NCBI GenBank assembly: GCA_002269645.1
Contig: NIVC01001471.1
Coordinates: 62,001 to 126,000 of the forward strand
Origin: Macrostomum lignano
Taxonomy: Eukaryota
DNA: 64,000 nucleotides
Reading direction: 5' to 3'
In this document: in pieces, positions 38,888 through 51,400 of the stretch
How positions within the stretch are numbered: the first letter of the stretch is position 1
How the letters are laid out: every line of letters begins with the position of its first letter
Made by a program: the position numbers and the translations under genes
Notes under the pieces: generated by a model
Told to the model about the DNA's origin: nothing
The model's input: only the letters and a program-made list of their open reading frames with translations
The model's database searches: none

Positions 38888-39348
38888 AGTCCCGAATCCC
38901 CAGTCCCGAATCCCCAGTCCCGAATCCCCAGTCCCGAATCCCCGGTCCCGAATCCCCTGTCCCGAATCCCCGGTCCCGAATCCCCAGTCCCGAATCCCCA
39001 GTCCCGAATCCCCGGTCCTGAATCCCCAGTCCCGAATCCCCAGTCCCGAATCCCCAGTCCCGAATCCCCAGTCCCGAATCCCCAGTCCCGAATCCCCAGT
39101 CCCGAATCCCCAGTCCCGAATCCCCAGTCCCGAATCCCCAGTCCCGAATCCCCAGTCCCGAATCCCCAGTCCCGAATCCCCTGTCCCGAATCCCCAGTCC
39201 CGAATCCCCAGTCCCGAATCCCCAGTCCCGAATCCCCAGTCCCGAATCCTCGATCCCAAATCCTCGATCCCAAATCCTCGATCCCAAATCCTCGATCCCA
39301 AATCCTCGATCCAAAATCCTAGATCCCAAATCCTCGATCCCAAATCCT
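38888..39348. repeat. 14-bp minisatellite CCCGAATCCCCAGT grading into CCCAAATCCTCGAT, between NOXRED1 and TTC6
   Basis: Directly visible. Confidence 0.96.
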
Positions 39349-39425
39349 AAATTCTGGGTCTTGTATTCCGCACCCTTGTTTGAAAGCGGTGACCAGAAGT
39401 CTCATGTGACGCCCCATCCACAGCC

Positions 39426-42400
39426 ATGTCTGCAGACCCCTTGGACAGCGGCGCAGGCGGTGGCAGTGGCGCCCTGCGGATGAACCTGAATCGGCGCCAG
39501 CGAATGGAGATTGACCGCGACTGGCGCGACGTCAACTGGCGCGGCCGAAGCGCAATCATGGCCGATCGGGATGGCCGAGCGCGCCGCGCAGATCTCATGG
39601 CCGACATTGAGCGCAAACTGGCGCCAGGCTACGCGCCGCCAAAGAAGCCGCGCCAGCTGCCCCCGCAGCAGCCGCAGAAGCCGGGAAATTTGCAGGTGCT
39701 TCTGGCAGGTAAACCGGCCGTCTCTCCAAGAAACCTGGCGCCGCACCAGCCATCCGCGACAGGTGCTGCGCCATCCGCCGCCGCAAGCATCGCCGCGCTG
39801 ACCGAGGCCAATCGGATCTCCCAAGACCCGGTCGACAGCGAAGCCGCCAGCGACGATGCGGGAGAGAACAGAGACGCCGATATCGGTTCGCCGCCGCCCC
39901 TGCAGCAGCCGCGGACCGCCTCGCCGCCGCCGCGTCCTCCGGCGATCATCGCCAGCCAGGGCGCCGTCCGCCAGGCGCCGGTGGCCATCAAAGCCGAGCG
40001 GCCGCCGCTGCCGCCGCCGACAGCGCAGAAGCAAATTAACAAGAAGAAGAAGAAGAAATCGCTGGTGTCGAAGTCGCTCTCAGCCGTCGATCCGGGCGCA
40101 GCCGACGCGGCGGAGATGGAAGCGGCGGAGGGCAAGTCGGAGCAAGCGCTGTTGGAAGAGGCTCGAACCCTGGCCCAGCTGACTCGCCGGGATCCGGCGC
40201 CGCCTCTCCAGTCGCCGGAGGAGGCGACAGCGGCGCCATCAGAGCCAGCCGCCGATTCTCAGCAGCGGCCGGCCCAGCAGTCCTTGGCTCCGCGCAGCAT
40301 CAACCAGATTCTGAGCAGCATGCAGGAGACGGGCGGCAGGCTGCCGCCTACAGCGGCGGATCGCCAGATCGAGCAGCTCATGCGACGGTTCGCCGAACGT
40401 CGAGGTGAAGAGTTTCACGGTTTCGAAGACGATCAAGAAGCCGAGGAGGCGGCCGCTGCTGAGGCGGAGGCCGAGGCCGCTGTAATCGCTGAGGCTGAGG
40501 CCGCAGCGACTGCTAAGAGAGAGTCGGAAGAGGCGGCTGCTGCTGCTGAAAAGGCAGGACCAAAGTCGGTGCAGGCTGAGCTGCAGCTGGCCGAACTGAT
40601 GGAGGTACGGCTCGTATGGCCTTGTCTATTTTCTTTTAATTGTGGTAGTACGCGAATCAGGTCCACAGTGGCTTTTGTTCCGCAATTGTTTCTTTGATGA
40701 CGCCTTAGAGATTACGCCTTTTTAAACTGTAACAACTTTTGAACCAATCAAGACACAGTCGTGAAACTATATAGAATTAAACAGTAGTTGATGAGAATTT
40801 AAGCTGAGCTGAATTGAGCTGAAATACTTGTTACAGTTTGAAGTTGGACGTATAGTTACTTCTGTCGACCATATGCATCCTCTTCCAGCCATCCCAAATT
40901 CCTAATGTCTTCCTTGACAGGTCTTCCTTTACAAAATTTGTCTTTATAAAATCGCTTTCAAGCCTTCCTGATCGCCTTAAGACAGGGGTTGGCAAACTTT
41001 TTTAACGTAAGTGCCGGATCGATATAAAATCTAGCGCATGACTGCGAGCTAGTGAGAGGAGAGGAGAGAAGAGAGAGGCGAGATGGGGGGAGAGATGAGA
41101 GAAGGGAGAGGGAAGATGAGGGGAGAGAGAAGAGAAGGGAGAGGGGAGATGAGAAGAGAGAAGAGAAAGGAGAGGAAGATGAGGTAGAGAGGAGAAAGGA
41201 GAAAGAGGAGGAGTGGCCCGCGGGCCGGAATCAGCTGACCCTGCCTTAATGTTCATCCGATCGGCCCCCGATGGTATCCTTATTCAAGCCTTTCTGAACA
41301 AAATGTTCACTGCATTCAAGGAAGATAAATGCCTATATTTCTACTAACAGTAGCCTAAATATAACCTTTAACTTTTCATTGTCACATTCTTTTTTAAAAG
41401 GAGTCGCGCCAAGCCGATGAACTGACAGATTTGAAGCTCGAGAGCCTGGAAGATCGGCTCACAACGGCGAGGTCGGCGCTGCGATCTGGTCGATCTGCCT
41501 CGACGTCGGCTAGGACGCCTTTCATGACTGATAGAGAGGTGAGTGCATTTTTTTCTTAATAGACTTGCGAAAATTGTTTTACCAACGGTTAGCGAGACAG
41601 GATTCTTGAGTTTTTAATCAGCACAGCATGCTATAATTGCATGTACATGTAAGGTCACTATAAGTGCAGCAATCGGTTTGGACTTTTCCGTTGATAGCTG
41701 ATAGCTGAAAACCAGAGCTCAGTCCCGCCCCCCCCCGTCGACCGTCGTTGATAGCAAACCCTGGACTTTGCGCTTTTTCCGTATACAAAATGTACTAATT
41801 CGTAACGCCGGAGTGTCAGGCTGATTTCCAATTGTTTGTTAGACCCGTTATCTTTCCTAGACTAAGGCGGTGTTTATTATAGTTCTTATCAATGCCCGTG
41901 CCAGTGCCCCGCTTATCTAATTGAAAACAACTTCGCTTTTTTCAAGCGCAGTGTCCTTGCGAGACCCTTAATTAGAATTGTTTAGTGCTAGCTTGATTAT
42001 ATTGTAGAAATTACTTGGGTAGTATAGACGGACAGACCACGCGGGGGCGACATGCCCCTGCCTGATCACGCTTGAACTGCGTGACGTCTAAAACAGGTTG
42101 TCTGAATTGGTAGACTTTTTCAATTTGGTTAGCAGTCGTTTAGTACGTAGTCGTAGGTTATTTTAGAATCTTGGAATGGGAAAATTTCTCTATTCAATTG
42201 GTTTAGGCGCCGTTTTACTAAACATTTGAGCCAGTCAGATGAGTCAAATGTAATGTATTTTTATCGCTAGAAATTTTAGTTTACACAGATATGCACAAGA
42301 GGATTAATTTTTACAGTGGAAGACTGAGTGTAAGTTTATTGTAAATTTTACAAGGCTAGGTAGGACATTGAAAAATTGACTACAAGAAAGCCATGAAGAA

Positions 42401-45400
42401 TCAGGAGTAAAAGTATACGCAAAATTTTGAATTTAACAAGGGAAAACATACTTCTAACTTGGAAGTTCAGCTTAAGCAGACCAATGCTCCCTAACCAAGA
42501 CTGATGCAAGCAATGAATTTTTTATACACGAATATTCCGCGATTATATCATTACGCAAAACTAATTAATCACAGAGGAAGTCAGAATGATTTTCTAAAAA
42601 TCAATTGGCTTGATTCGCAGTTTGTTTTAAATTGTTATTCAGTCTTCTAATTTCTAGGAAACACGCGGAGAATCAAAGATAAAAGGTAATCCCCGATCCA
42701 GATTAGGTGAAGCACGAGGAAGAAATCAAATCGCTAAATGCAACGCTACAATGAAGAGAAGTTAAATTTTAAAGTCCGTCTGTTTTAAGAGTCGCTAGCT
42801 GAACTCATCGAGTAGCTCCGGCAGCCGGCGCGCGACGACGACGCGGCGGACGAAATCGAAGAGGCCCGACTGCGAGACGAGGCTCGACTAGACGGCGAAG
42901 CCGGCGACGAGGCGACCAACCGGCCGATGATTGGCAGGCCGGACAGCAGCATGAGCGGCAGGCCCAGCAGCAGCAGGCCAGCCAGGGTTTTCATGCTGGG
43001 GTTGCTGTTGCTGCTGCTTGCCTTGGATTTGGTGGCCCGTCGAGCATTCGGAGACGCTGACTGCTGCTGCTAAAAAGTAGTGAAAATGAAAAATCTAGAT
43101 TTTAGTTATATAGCTAGATTCAAACAAATTTTGAAGTGATTTCGTAGAAGGCAAATTAAAATTTTAATCAATCAATTAGGACTTACCATAGAACCAAAGC
43201 AGACTCGCAGTATGAGCAACGGTAGGTATCTGATGAATTGGTACAGGCAGCAGACAGAGTAAAAGGCTACAATCAAGTTGCTGTGCTGGCCGTCGCCAGA
43301 TGATCGCTTCTTTCTTGTTGACGACGAATTGCAACTATCAGAATTAGAGTCTGCCTGCCTCTCTGTCCTATTGCTGTTGGTGGTCTTTGCCTGCTTGCTG
43401 GCGGTTGACTCGCCTCGATGGATGACAGTGAACGAAGGCGGCGGCGGTAGAAAATCCGCCTCTGTTGAAAGTATCGAATTTACTTGCGTCAGCGTGGCGG
43501 CCATTATACTGCTGTACGAGACAGAGTGGCACAACAGATATGCAGCGTTTGCGAGAAAATCAAAATGAATATAGAAATAGGTTTTAGGCTTGGCCGTATT
43601 TATATCCAGACAATAAGCTCCCCCCTCTCTTTCATTCCCCCTGTATATAACGTTATGTCATGCACAGCCCTCGTGTGCCATTTGCGACCTACGTGTTTGG
43701 AAATGCGGGGTTGGGTTGGACGAGCGGCGACTGAGTGAGATAGAGATAAAGAAAGAGAAGTAAAGGCCGCAGCAATGTACAGTGGGAGAGTCAGGGATTT
43801 ACCGCGTGACGGGGAAACCCCTCTCCTTCCTGCCATATCACTTCTTATTCATTCCACCTCCTCGTGGGCTTTGCTAACAGCCAATGAGAGAGCGGCAGAC
43901 CTTGAGTGAGGAGAGGGGGTACTGGCTGTTTTGACTGACTTCCCTGGCCGTCATGTTTAGCCACGATGGTACTTGAATGTACTTTTTAAATTGCTGATAG
44001 CGCTTTTCCCAGCTTAGCTTTCTCAATTATCTTACTTTCCAACTTTGCCAGTTAATTGTAGTTTAAAGCAATTTGAATAGGGTCAATGAAATGATTGGCA
44101 GGTTAAGTTAGATAATAATATAATTATCGGGGGTTGCCCCCGGTACTTGTTTTGTCAAAATATTATTTTTTGTTATGCATTCAGAATCATTTTCTGTTTA
44201 AAATAACATGTTCAAAGTGAGCAAATCAATTTTTTAACTCGAAAATTAAGTGGGTTGTGTCCATTTAAAAAAATCATAATGACAAAATGGTATTTTTTGA
44301 ACATAAATGACAGAACTGTTTTTAAAAGTACAAAATAGTATTGTATCGTTACGTAGTATATTAATGCAATGATAGGGGTGTACTGATCTACTACTCCTAC
44401 AAGTAAATCACTGGTGGAACTAGTAGTATGATAAAAATAGCAAGATTGCACACTCTCCCTTGAAAAAAAATAAGGTCCTCGAGTTGAGCCGCCTGCCCGC
44501 CGAGGTCTCTATCACGGATGTCGTCAGCGTCCAGGGTCGTCATGCGACTATGTCACAGAAGAAACCGACGCAGCCGGGGCGCCCCGAGGAGGCGGCTGAC
44601 AACACGGGCCCGGCAGTGTACATCGAACCGATGATGCCAACTTCAAAGCCGGACATTCACTCGCTCTGTCTGAAGGACGACACCGATTGGCGTCGCACTG
44701 AGCCGGCTGAGCGTCGGGACCGGAAGGAGCGCCATCTGCTGACGCGTCTACCAGCGGCGCCGTTACAGGCGGAGCCGACGATGCCGACAAAGTCGCTATC
44801 AGACGCCGAGACAGCCGGCGTAGATCGGATCATGAAAGAAATTGAAAGCTACGAAGCCTGGCAGAAGCGCGCCATGGAGGCGCTCCGACAGCTGCAGGCT
44901 GACGAGGCCGAGGAGGCCGCCGCCGCCGCTGCCGGCGTCGACTTAAACAGCCGTCGGACTCCCCAGCTGGAGCTGGTTGGCAGTCGAGTCCAATTTCTCG
45001 GCCAGACGGCTCGCCGAGTCGACATGCTGGAGCCGCCGCCGCCGCGAGCTCAGGCCGGGCCGGAGCAGGTCCGAGCCGCTCTGTTTAAACAGTACGAGAG
45101 CGCGCTACCCTCGGACGAATTCGGAGCAGTCGGCCGCGGATTCAGTCCGGTCAGCGCTAATGCCGAACGGCGTCAACGCAACGGCACCGACTTTACTGGC
45201 ACCGGCGCGGCGGCGGGGGCTGCCATGGTTGGCTCCGCGAATGGCGACGTTGTTGAAGGAATCGCTATGACCGACGTTGTCGAAGTGGAAGAGGGAGCGC
45301 TGACCCGGATGAGGTGAAGAATCAGTTTTGATTTTTTTCTTCTGATGTCGCTGGCGACCCCTGAGTTTCAGTCTGGCGCCAAGGAGAGCGCCCCGCCCAC

Positions 45401-48400
45401 CAAGGAGAGTGCCTCCCCCAAGGAGAGCGCCCCGCCCCCCAAGGAGAGCGCCCCGCCCACCAAGGAGAGTGCCTCCCCCAAGGAGAGCGCCCCGCCCCCC
45501 AAGGAGAGCGCCCCGCCCACCAAGTAGAGTGCCTCCCCCCAATGAGAGCGCCCTGCCCCCCAAGTAGAGTGCCTCCCCCAAGGAGAGCGCCCCGCCCCCC
45601 AAGTAGAGTGCCACCCCCAAGGAGAGTGCCTCCCCCAAGGAGAGCGCCCCGCCCACCAAGTAGAGTGCCTCCCCCCAATGAGAGCGCCCTGCCCCCAAGT
45701 AGAGTGCCTCCCCCAAGGAGAGCGCCCCGCCCCCAAGTAGAGTGCCACCCCCAAGGAGAGCGCCCCGCCCCCAAGTAGAGTGCCACCCCAAGGAGAGCGC
45801 CCCGCCCCCAAGTAGAGTGCCTCCCCCCAAGGAGAGCGCCCCGCCCCCAAGTAGAGTGCCTCCCCCAAGGAGAGCGCCCCGCCCACCAAGGAGAGTGCCT
45901 CCCCCAAGGAGAGCGCCCCCCCCCCAAGGAGAGCGCCCCGCCCCCCAAGTAGAGTGCCACCCCCAAGGAGAGCGCCCCGCCCCCCAAGTAGAGTGCCTCC
46001 CCCCAAGGAGAGCGCCCCGCCCCCAAGTAGAGTGCCTCCCCCAAGGAGAGCGCCCCCCCCCCAAGGAGAGCGCCCCGCCCCCAAGTAGAGTGCCACCCCC
46101 AAGGAGAGTGCCTCCCCAAGGAGAGCGCCCCCCCCAAGGAGAGCGCCCCGCCCCCCAAGTAGAGTGCCTCCCCAAGGAAGCGCCCCCCCAAGGAGAGCGC
46201 CCCGCCCACCAAGGAGAGCGCCCCCCCCCAAGGAGAGCGCCCCGCCCACCAAGTAGAGTGCCTCCCCCCAATAAGAGCGCCCCGCCCCCCAAGTAGAGTG
46301 CCTCCCCCAAGGAGAGCGCCCCCCCAAGTAGAGTGCTTCTCCAAGGAGAGCGCCCCGCCCCCAAGTAGAGTGCCTCCCCCAAGGAGAGCCCCCCCCAAGT
46401 AGAGTGCTTCCCCAAGGAGAGCGCCCCGCCCACCAAGGAGAGTGCCTCCCTCAAGGAGAGCGCCCCCCCCCCAAGGAGAGCGCCCCGCCCACCAAGGAGA
46501 GTGCCTCCCCCCAATAAGAGCGCCCCGCCCCCCAAGTAGAGTGCCTCCCCAAGGAGAGCGCCCCCACCCAAGGAGAGCGCCCCCCCCAAGGAGAGTGCCC
46601 TCCAAGGAAAGCGCACCCCGAGAGCGCCCCCGCCCTAAAGAGAGCCCCCCCCAACGTGAGCGCTTCCCTTAAGAAGAGCTCCCCTTTCTAATAATGAGTT
46701 TAACAAAGCCTTTCTAACGGAAGAAGGTTATATCTAAATGTCGTGCAAATCAAGAATCCAAAATTTACTACGAGTACACTACCGAACTTCAGGCTGCAAA
46801 ATCGTCTAAGTCGAAGCATTGAAAGGCTCAATGCCGAGTACAGAAATGAAGGCGGCGTTGAAAGCTTCTTCGGTGAGCCATTGGTTTGTCTGAGACGGTC
46901 TTTCTACTGTAGAGTCTTAGCTGACATCCTACATTTCTAGGACTTAGAAGACGAAACAGGCCCTTACAGCCAACCAACGATAATCCTGGACCTTCAAAAT
47001 AAACTCCACTTTTCAGGCCTCAGACGGAGCAGGTCGTTACCAACAGTTCATCTGGACGAAGAAGACAATCTGGTGCTGAATCTGGACTATAATTCCATAG
47101 AGAAAGAGGTAAGCTTTGCGGACGGAACTATTCAAAACTTTGAGCCACTTTCTGTGGCCCATGAAGTCTCTAAAGCAGGGTTCGGCAAAGTCCGGCCCGC
47201 GAAGCCTTTCTACCCGGCCCTCGGGTCCTTTGAAACTTCACAATAGCAATCCGGCCCGCTTAAGGTTTGCGTCTCTCCCAGCTCCCTTATTTTTTCTCCT
47301 CTCCTCCACTCTCAGCTCCTCTCCAATCTCCCTTCTCTCATCTCCCCTCTCCCTTCTCTCCTCTCCCCTCACCTTCCCTCCCCTCTAACTTCTCTCCCCT
47401 CATCTCCTCTCTCCTCTTCTCTCCCCTCATCTCCTCTCTCCTCTTCTCTCCCCTCTCTCCTCTCTTCTTCCCTTTTCTCCTCTATTCTCCCTCTTCTCTC
47501 TTCCCCTCTCTGGTCCGCAGTCATGCGCTAGATTTTATATCTGGCCCTTAAAAAAGTTTGCGGTCAACCCTGCTCTAAAAAGTCTAATTCGAGTTCATCA
47601 GTAGCAACATCTCGATCCTCAATCCTAACTTGAATTTTGTTTCAGCTTCAGGCCCAGACGCGTCTGATGGTAGAAGAAGAGAATCGAGTCAAACTAAATG
47701 AGGCGAGCCAATCTGCTGAAGAGCAGCAGCAGCAGCAGCAGTCCGAGCAGGGAGAAGGTGTACAAGAAGGCGAGCGAGCCGGTTCCACGGCCGGCGGCGA
47801 AGAAACGAGTGCCAAAACTGATGCCCCACGCTCCAAAGTGCTTCAACAACTGGCGATTAAAGGTACGTTAACGCGTGAAAAACAAAGGGGTTTTAGTAGA
47901 AATCATATTCACGACAAGGTGGCCGGGAAGTTGTCGTGAATTCGCAGCCATGATGGCCAACCCCCAAGGCGCAGACAGTGTACGTGCCTGACGATTGATC
48001 AAGAAAGTCAAAGGGCCGCTGTTCATCCTGTGAGAGCCTGTGTATGAGTGTGTGCCTGCGCAAGCCTCCTACAGTTATCATTAATATCAATATTATTAAT
48101 ATCCTACCGAGAATTTTACCTGCAGCATCAGAATGGAGCTCAGAAACAAACCGACTGACTAAAAGCAGCAAAACGTCATTTGAAACTTTGCAATAGCAAT
48201 CCTCAAGTAATCCACAATCGTTTAAGGTTCTCTACGGTCTTCTAAGCTCTTTTCTCTCTTCTATTCCTTCTCCTTTTCTTTGAGTTAATTTTATGAGCTA
48301 AACAAATCAATCTGATTAAAATTGCCAATTTCAGAGCCCGAACCGACGCCAGCTCAGTTGGCTTTGGCGGCGGGCAGAAAATACGTGATTTTGCCCAGAC

Positions 48401-51400
48401 AGTAAGTGTGTGAAATGCGTACATTGTTTGCTGCTATTTTACACTTGTGATACCAATCTATAATCGCTTGTAATTGCTTGTCTGGCCCATAGTGACTCAG
48501 TTGTGCAACCTTTTCAGTAATTTAGGGCGGCAGATATGCCGGTAATTTACCCCCGACGCCGGTCCAACGGTCAAAGGTGGCTCTCGCCTAAAGCAGAGAT
48601 ACCTTATCTTGTTATGGCCACTCTTCACGCGTGCCTCACTCATAGGGGCTGCTTTGTTTGAATCCAGTTTGTCCTGTCCTCTTTGCCTGCTTTTATCTGC
48701 CTGCCTTCTATAGTGGCGCAATACGTATTAACTCGCCTCTATTTAGAATCTATTTTCATTTCCTACTTTCCCGTGTCTCTTCTAGAAGAATAGCGGGCGG
48801 CAGTATTAACTTTGCAACCTTTGCTCAGCCCGTGAAATCGAAGCATACGGGGGTGTGGTCTGAGCCACACCACTCGATCAATAATCATAGCAAATGACCT
48901 ACACTTGTCATTGAGGTCATGACAAGTTCGCGGACTTTTGGGCAGTAAACAAGTTTTTCGGAATGTGTTACGGGGTTTTAGTTGAATGCTTGCTAGGAAC
49001 AGCGTTCTAAGAAAATGAACCTACCCGTTAATACGTGTAAAAATTTTTTTTTTAAAAGTAAAATTGAGTTTCTCTGCAATCACCCTATAGTAAGAATTGT
49101 CAATAAGCCAATTTTTTCAGCAGTATTCTATAATTCTAATTCGATGCCTACTATAAGTAGTTTGAAAACTTCTTGTCTTCCAACAACTATAAGCCTTGCT
49201 ATCAAGTCACGCGAGGTGACTGGTGAGTGTCCTGACCCTATAGATCCGGATTTGAATGACTTGTCGCTAGCAAACTTTGAACTTTGAACTTTTCTTACAC
49301 AGTTTTTCAGCATTAATCATATAAAATATTGCCGTCTGATAGAATATAATTCACTGTTTCAAAGCGTGAAATCTTTTGGAAAAGTACCCGAAACTCCTCT
49401 ATTAATTAAAAAGGCGATGTAGAGACAGTGCAAATTAAATTGTCAAGAAATTCTAAAAAGGCAATGCCAAAATTATGAGAGCATACATGTATTTTAAGAC
49501 TTGCGTCTTAGAGAACAGCTAAAGCCTTCGTGCCTCTGATTCTAAAGTACAGTTTAGAGTGAGCATGCGGTGCCACGTGTGTTCATGAACGGAGCTCACT
49601 GTGTTATATTAGTGAAGGGAGATCATTGGCCCTTCCAGTCATCATGAATTAGGGTCATTGCCCTTCCAGTCATCATGAATTAGGGTCATTGCCCTTCCAG
49701 TCATCATGAATTAGGGTCATTGCCCTTCCAGTCATCATGAATTAGGGTCATTGCCCTTCCAGTCATCATGAATTAGGGTCATTGCCCTTCCAGTCATCAT
49801 GAATTAGTGTCATTGCCCTTCCAGTCATCATGAATTAGGGTCATTGCCCTTCCAGTCATCATGAATTAGGGTCATTGCCCTTCCAGTCATCATGAATTAG
49901 AGTCATTGCCCTCCCAGTCATCATGAATTAGGGTCATTGCCCTCTCAGTCATGTAAAGAGGTCATTGCCCCCTCCGCCATAAAGGGAGGTCATTGACCTA
50001 TCAGTCATGTAGGGGGGCCATTGCCCTCTCAGTCATGTAGGGGGAGCATTGCCGTCTCAGTCATTGTGGCAGCCAGCCGCTTTAGTTTCTTATTCATGCA
50101 TAAATTATTGTCTATGGACAAACTCAAATATACTTGTAAAGGGTGTGTGGCTGCGCCCACAGTCTCGCCAAGCGCGAATACTCCTAATACATTCAAACAC
50201 ACAACATGGTGTCAGAGGTAAAAGACTCCAATTAGATAATTGCTTTGTGCGTCGTTTTTGGTGGCAACTACAGCGGCATGTCCGACACAGCTGGACTGCG
50301 ACCTCCAGGGCCCATGGTATTCGATGAGGCCAAGTCAGAACGCTGGAGAAAATGGATCGGCGCATTCAATTTATACATGACCGCCACAAAGCGCGACAAG
50401 GAGGCTGACAGCATGAAGAATGCGATTCTGCTGACCGCCATCGGTGAAGAAGGCAGGGACATATTCGAGACATTCGAACTCTGCACTGACTCTGCTCACA
50501 AAGGCATAATTGACAAATTCGAGAAATTCTGCATTCCTCTGGACAGCGAAACATTTGATCGCTATAAGTTTAGAATGCGTAAGCAGGAGCAGTATGAAGA
50601 TTTTGATCACTTCATAAATGAGCTACGATTGTTAATAAAGCGATGCAGTTTTTCAAAGCCTAAAAATGGGCAATGCATTGACGATGCCATGCTTCGAGAT
50701 CAGATAGTATATGGGGTTCATAATTCAGCACTCCGTGAACGGCTCCTTGAGGAAGAGAAGCTGACACTGGAAAAGGCTATTGTTCTGTGCCGTGCCACCG
50801 AAGCTTCAAAGATGCAAGCCAGGCAGATGACAGGTATAAAGAGTGAAAACAGAACTCTGTCAGTCGAATTGTAAAAGACCCTGATCACAAGTTGCAGCAA
50901 TCAACCAGAGCCAAGTCCAAGTCTATCACACGAAAGGCTCCTACAGGACAACAGGCATGCAGATACTGCGGCAAGAACCACAAATTTGGTCACACCAACT
51001 GCAGTGCCTATGGCAAGACCTGCTTGAACTGTGGACAAAAGAACCATTTTAAGGCCATGTGCCGGAAAGAGAAAACAAAACAATCAAAACAAATTCGTAC
51101 AGTTGAAGATGAGCTTACTGACGTGACTGAAACATCGAATTCTTACCAAGCTGCTGCATGGGATGTAAGTAAATATTCTATGAATTATTATAATGGAAAT
51201 GAAGTGAAAGCCGTTTCAAGAACAGTTGTGTCGCTAGACACTGAGTTTGGACACATTGTCAACTACAAAATTGATACCGGCGCTGATGTGAATATTATGT
51301 CCGAGAAACGTTTAAGAACAATCACAGACAACCCATTAGAAAAAGATCACACCAGACTATCAGTGTATAACAATCAGACGCTTAATAAGAAGGGCAAGAT

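Noticed and set aside
38787-39343. GFGTGDSGLGIRDW repeat ORFs
   Set aside because: A 14-bp tandem repeat read in rotating frames.
45105-46672. 427-503 aa GGALSLG ORFs
   Set aside because: They come from a compound GC-rich minisatellite between two phase-compatible TTC6 exons.
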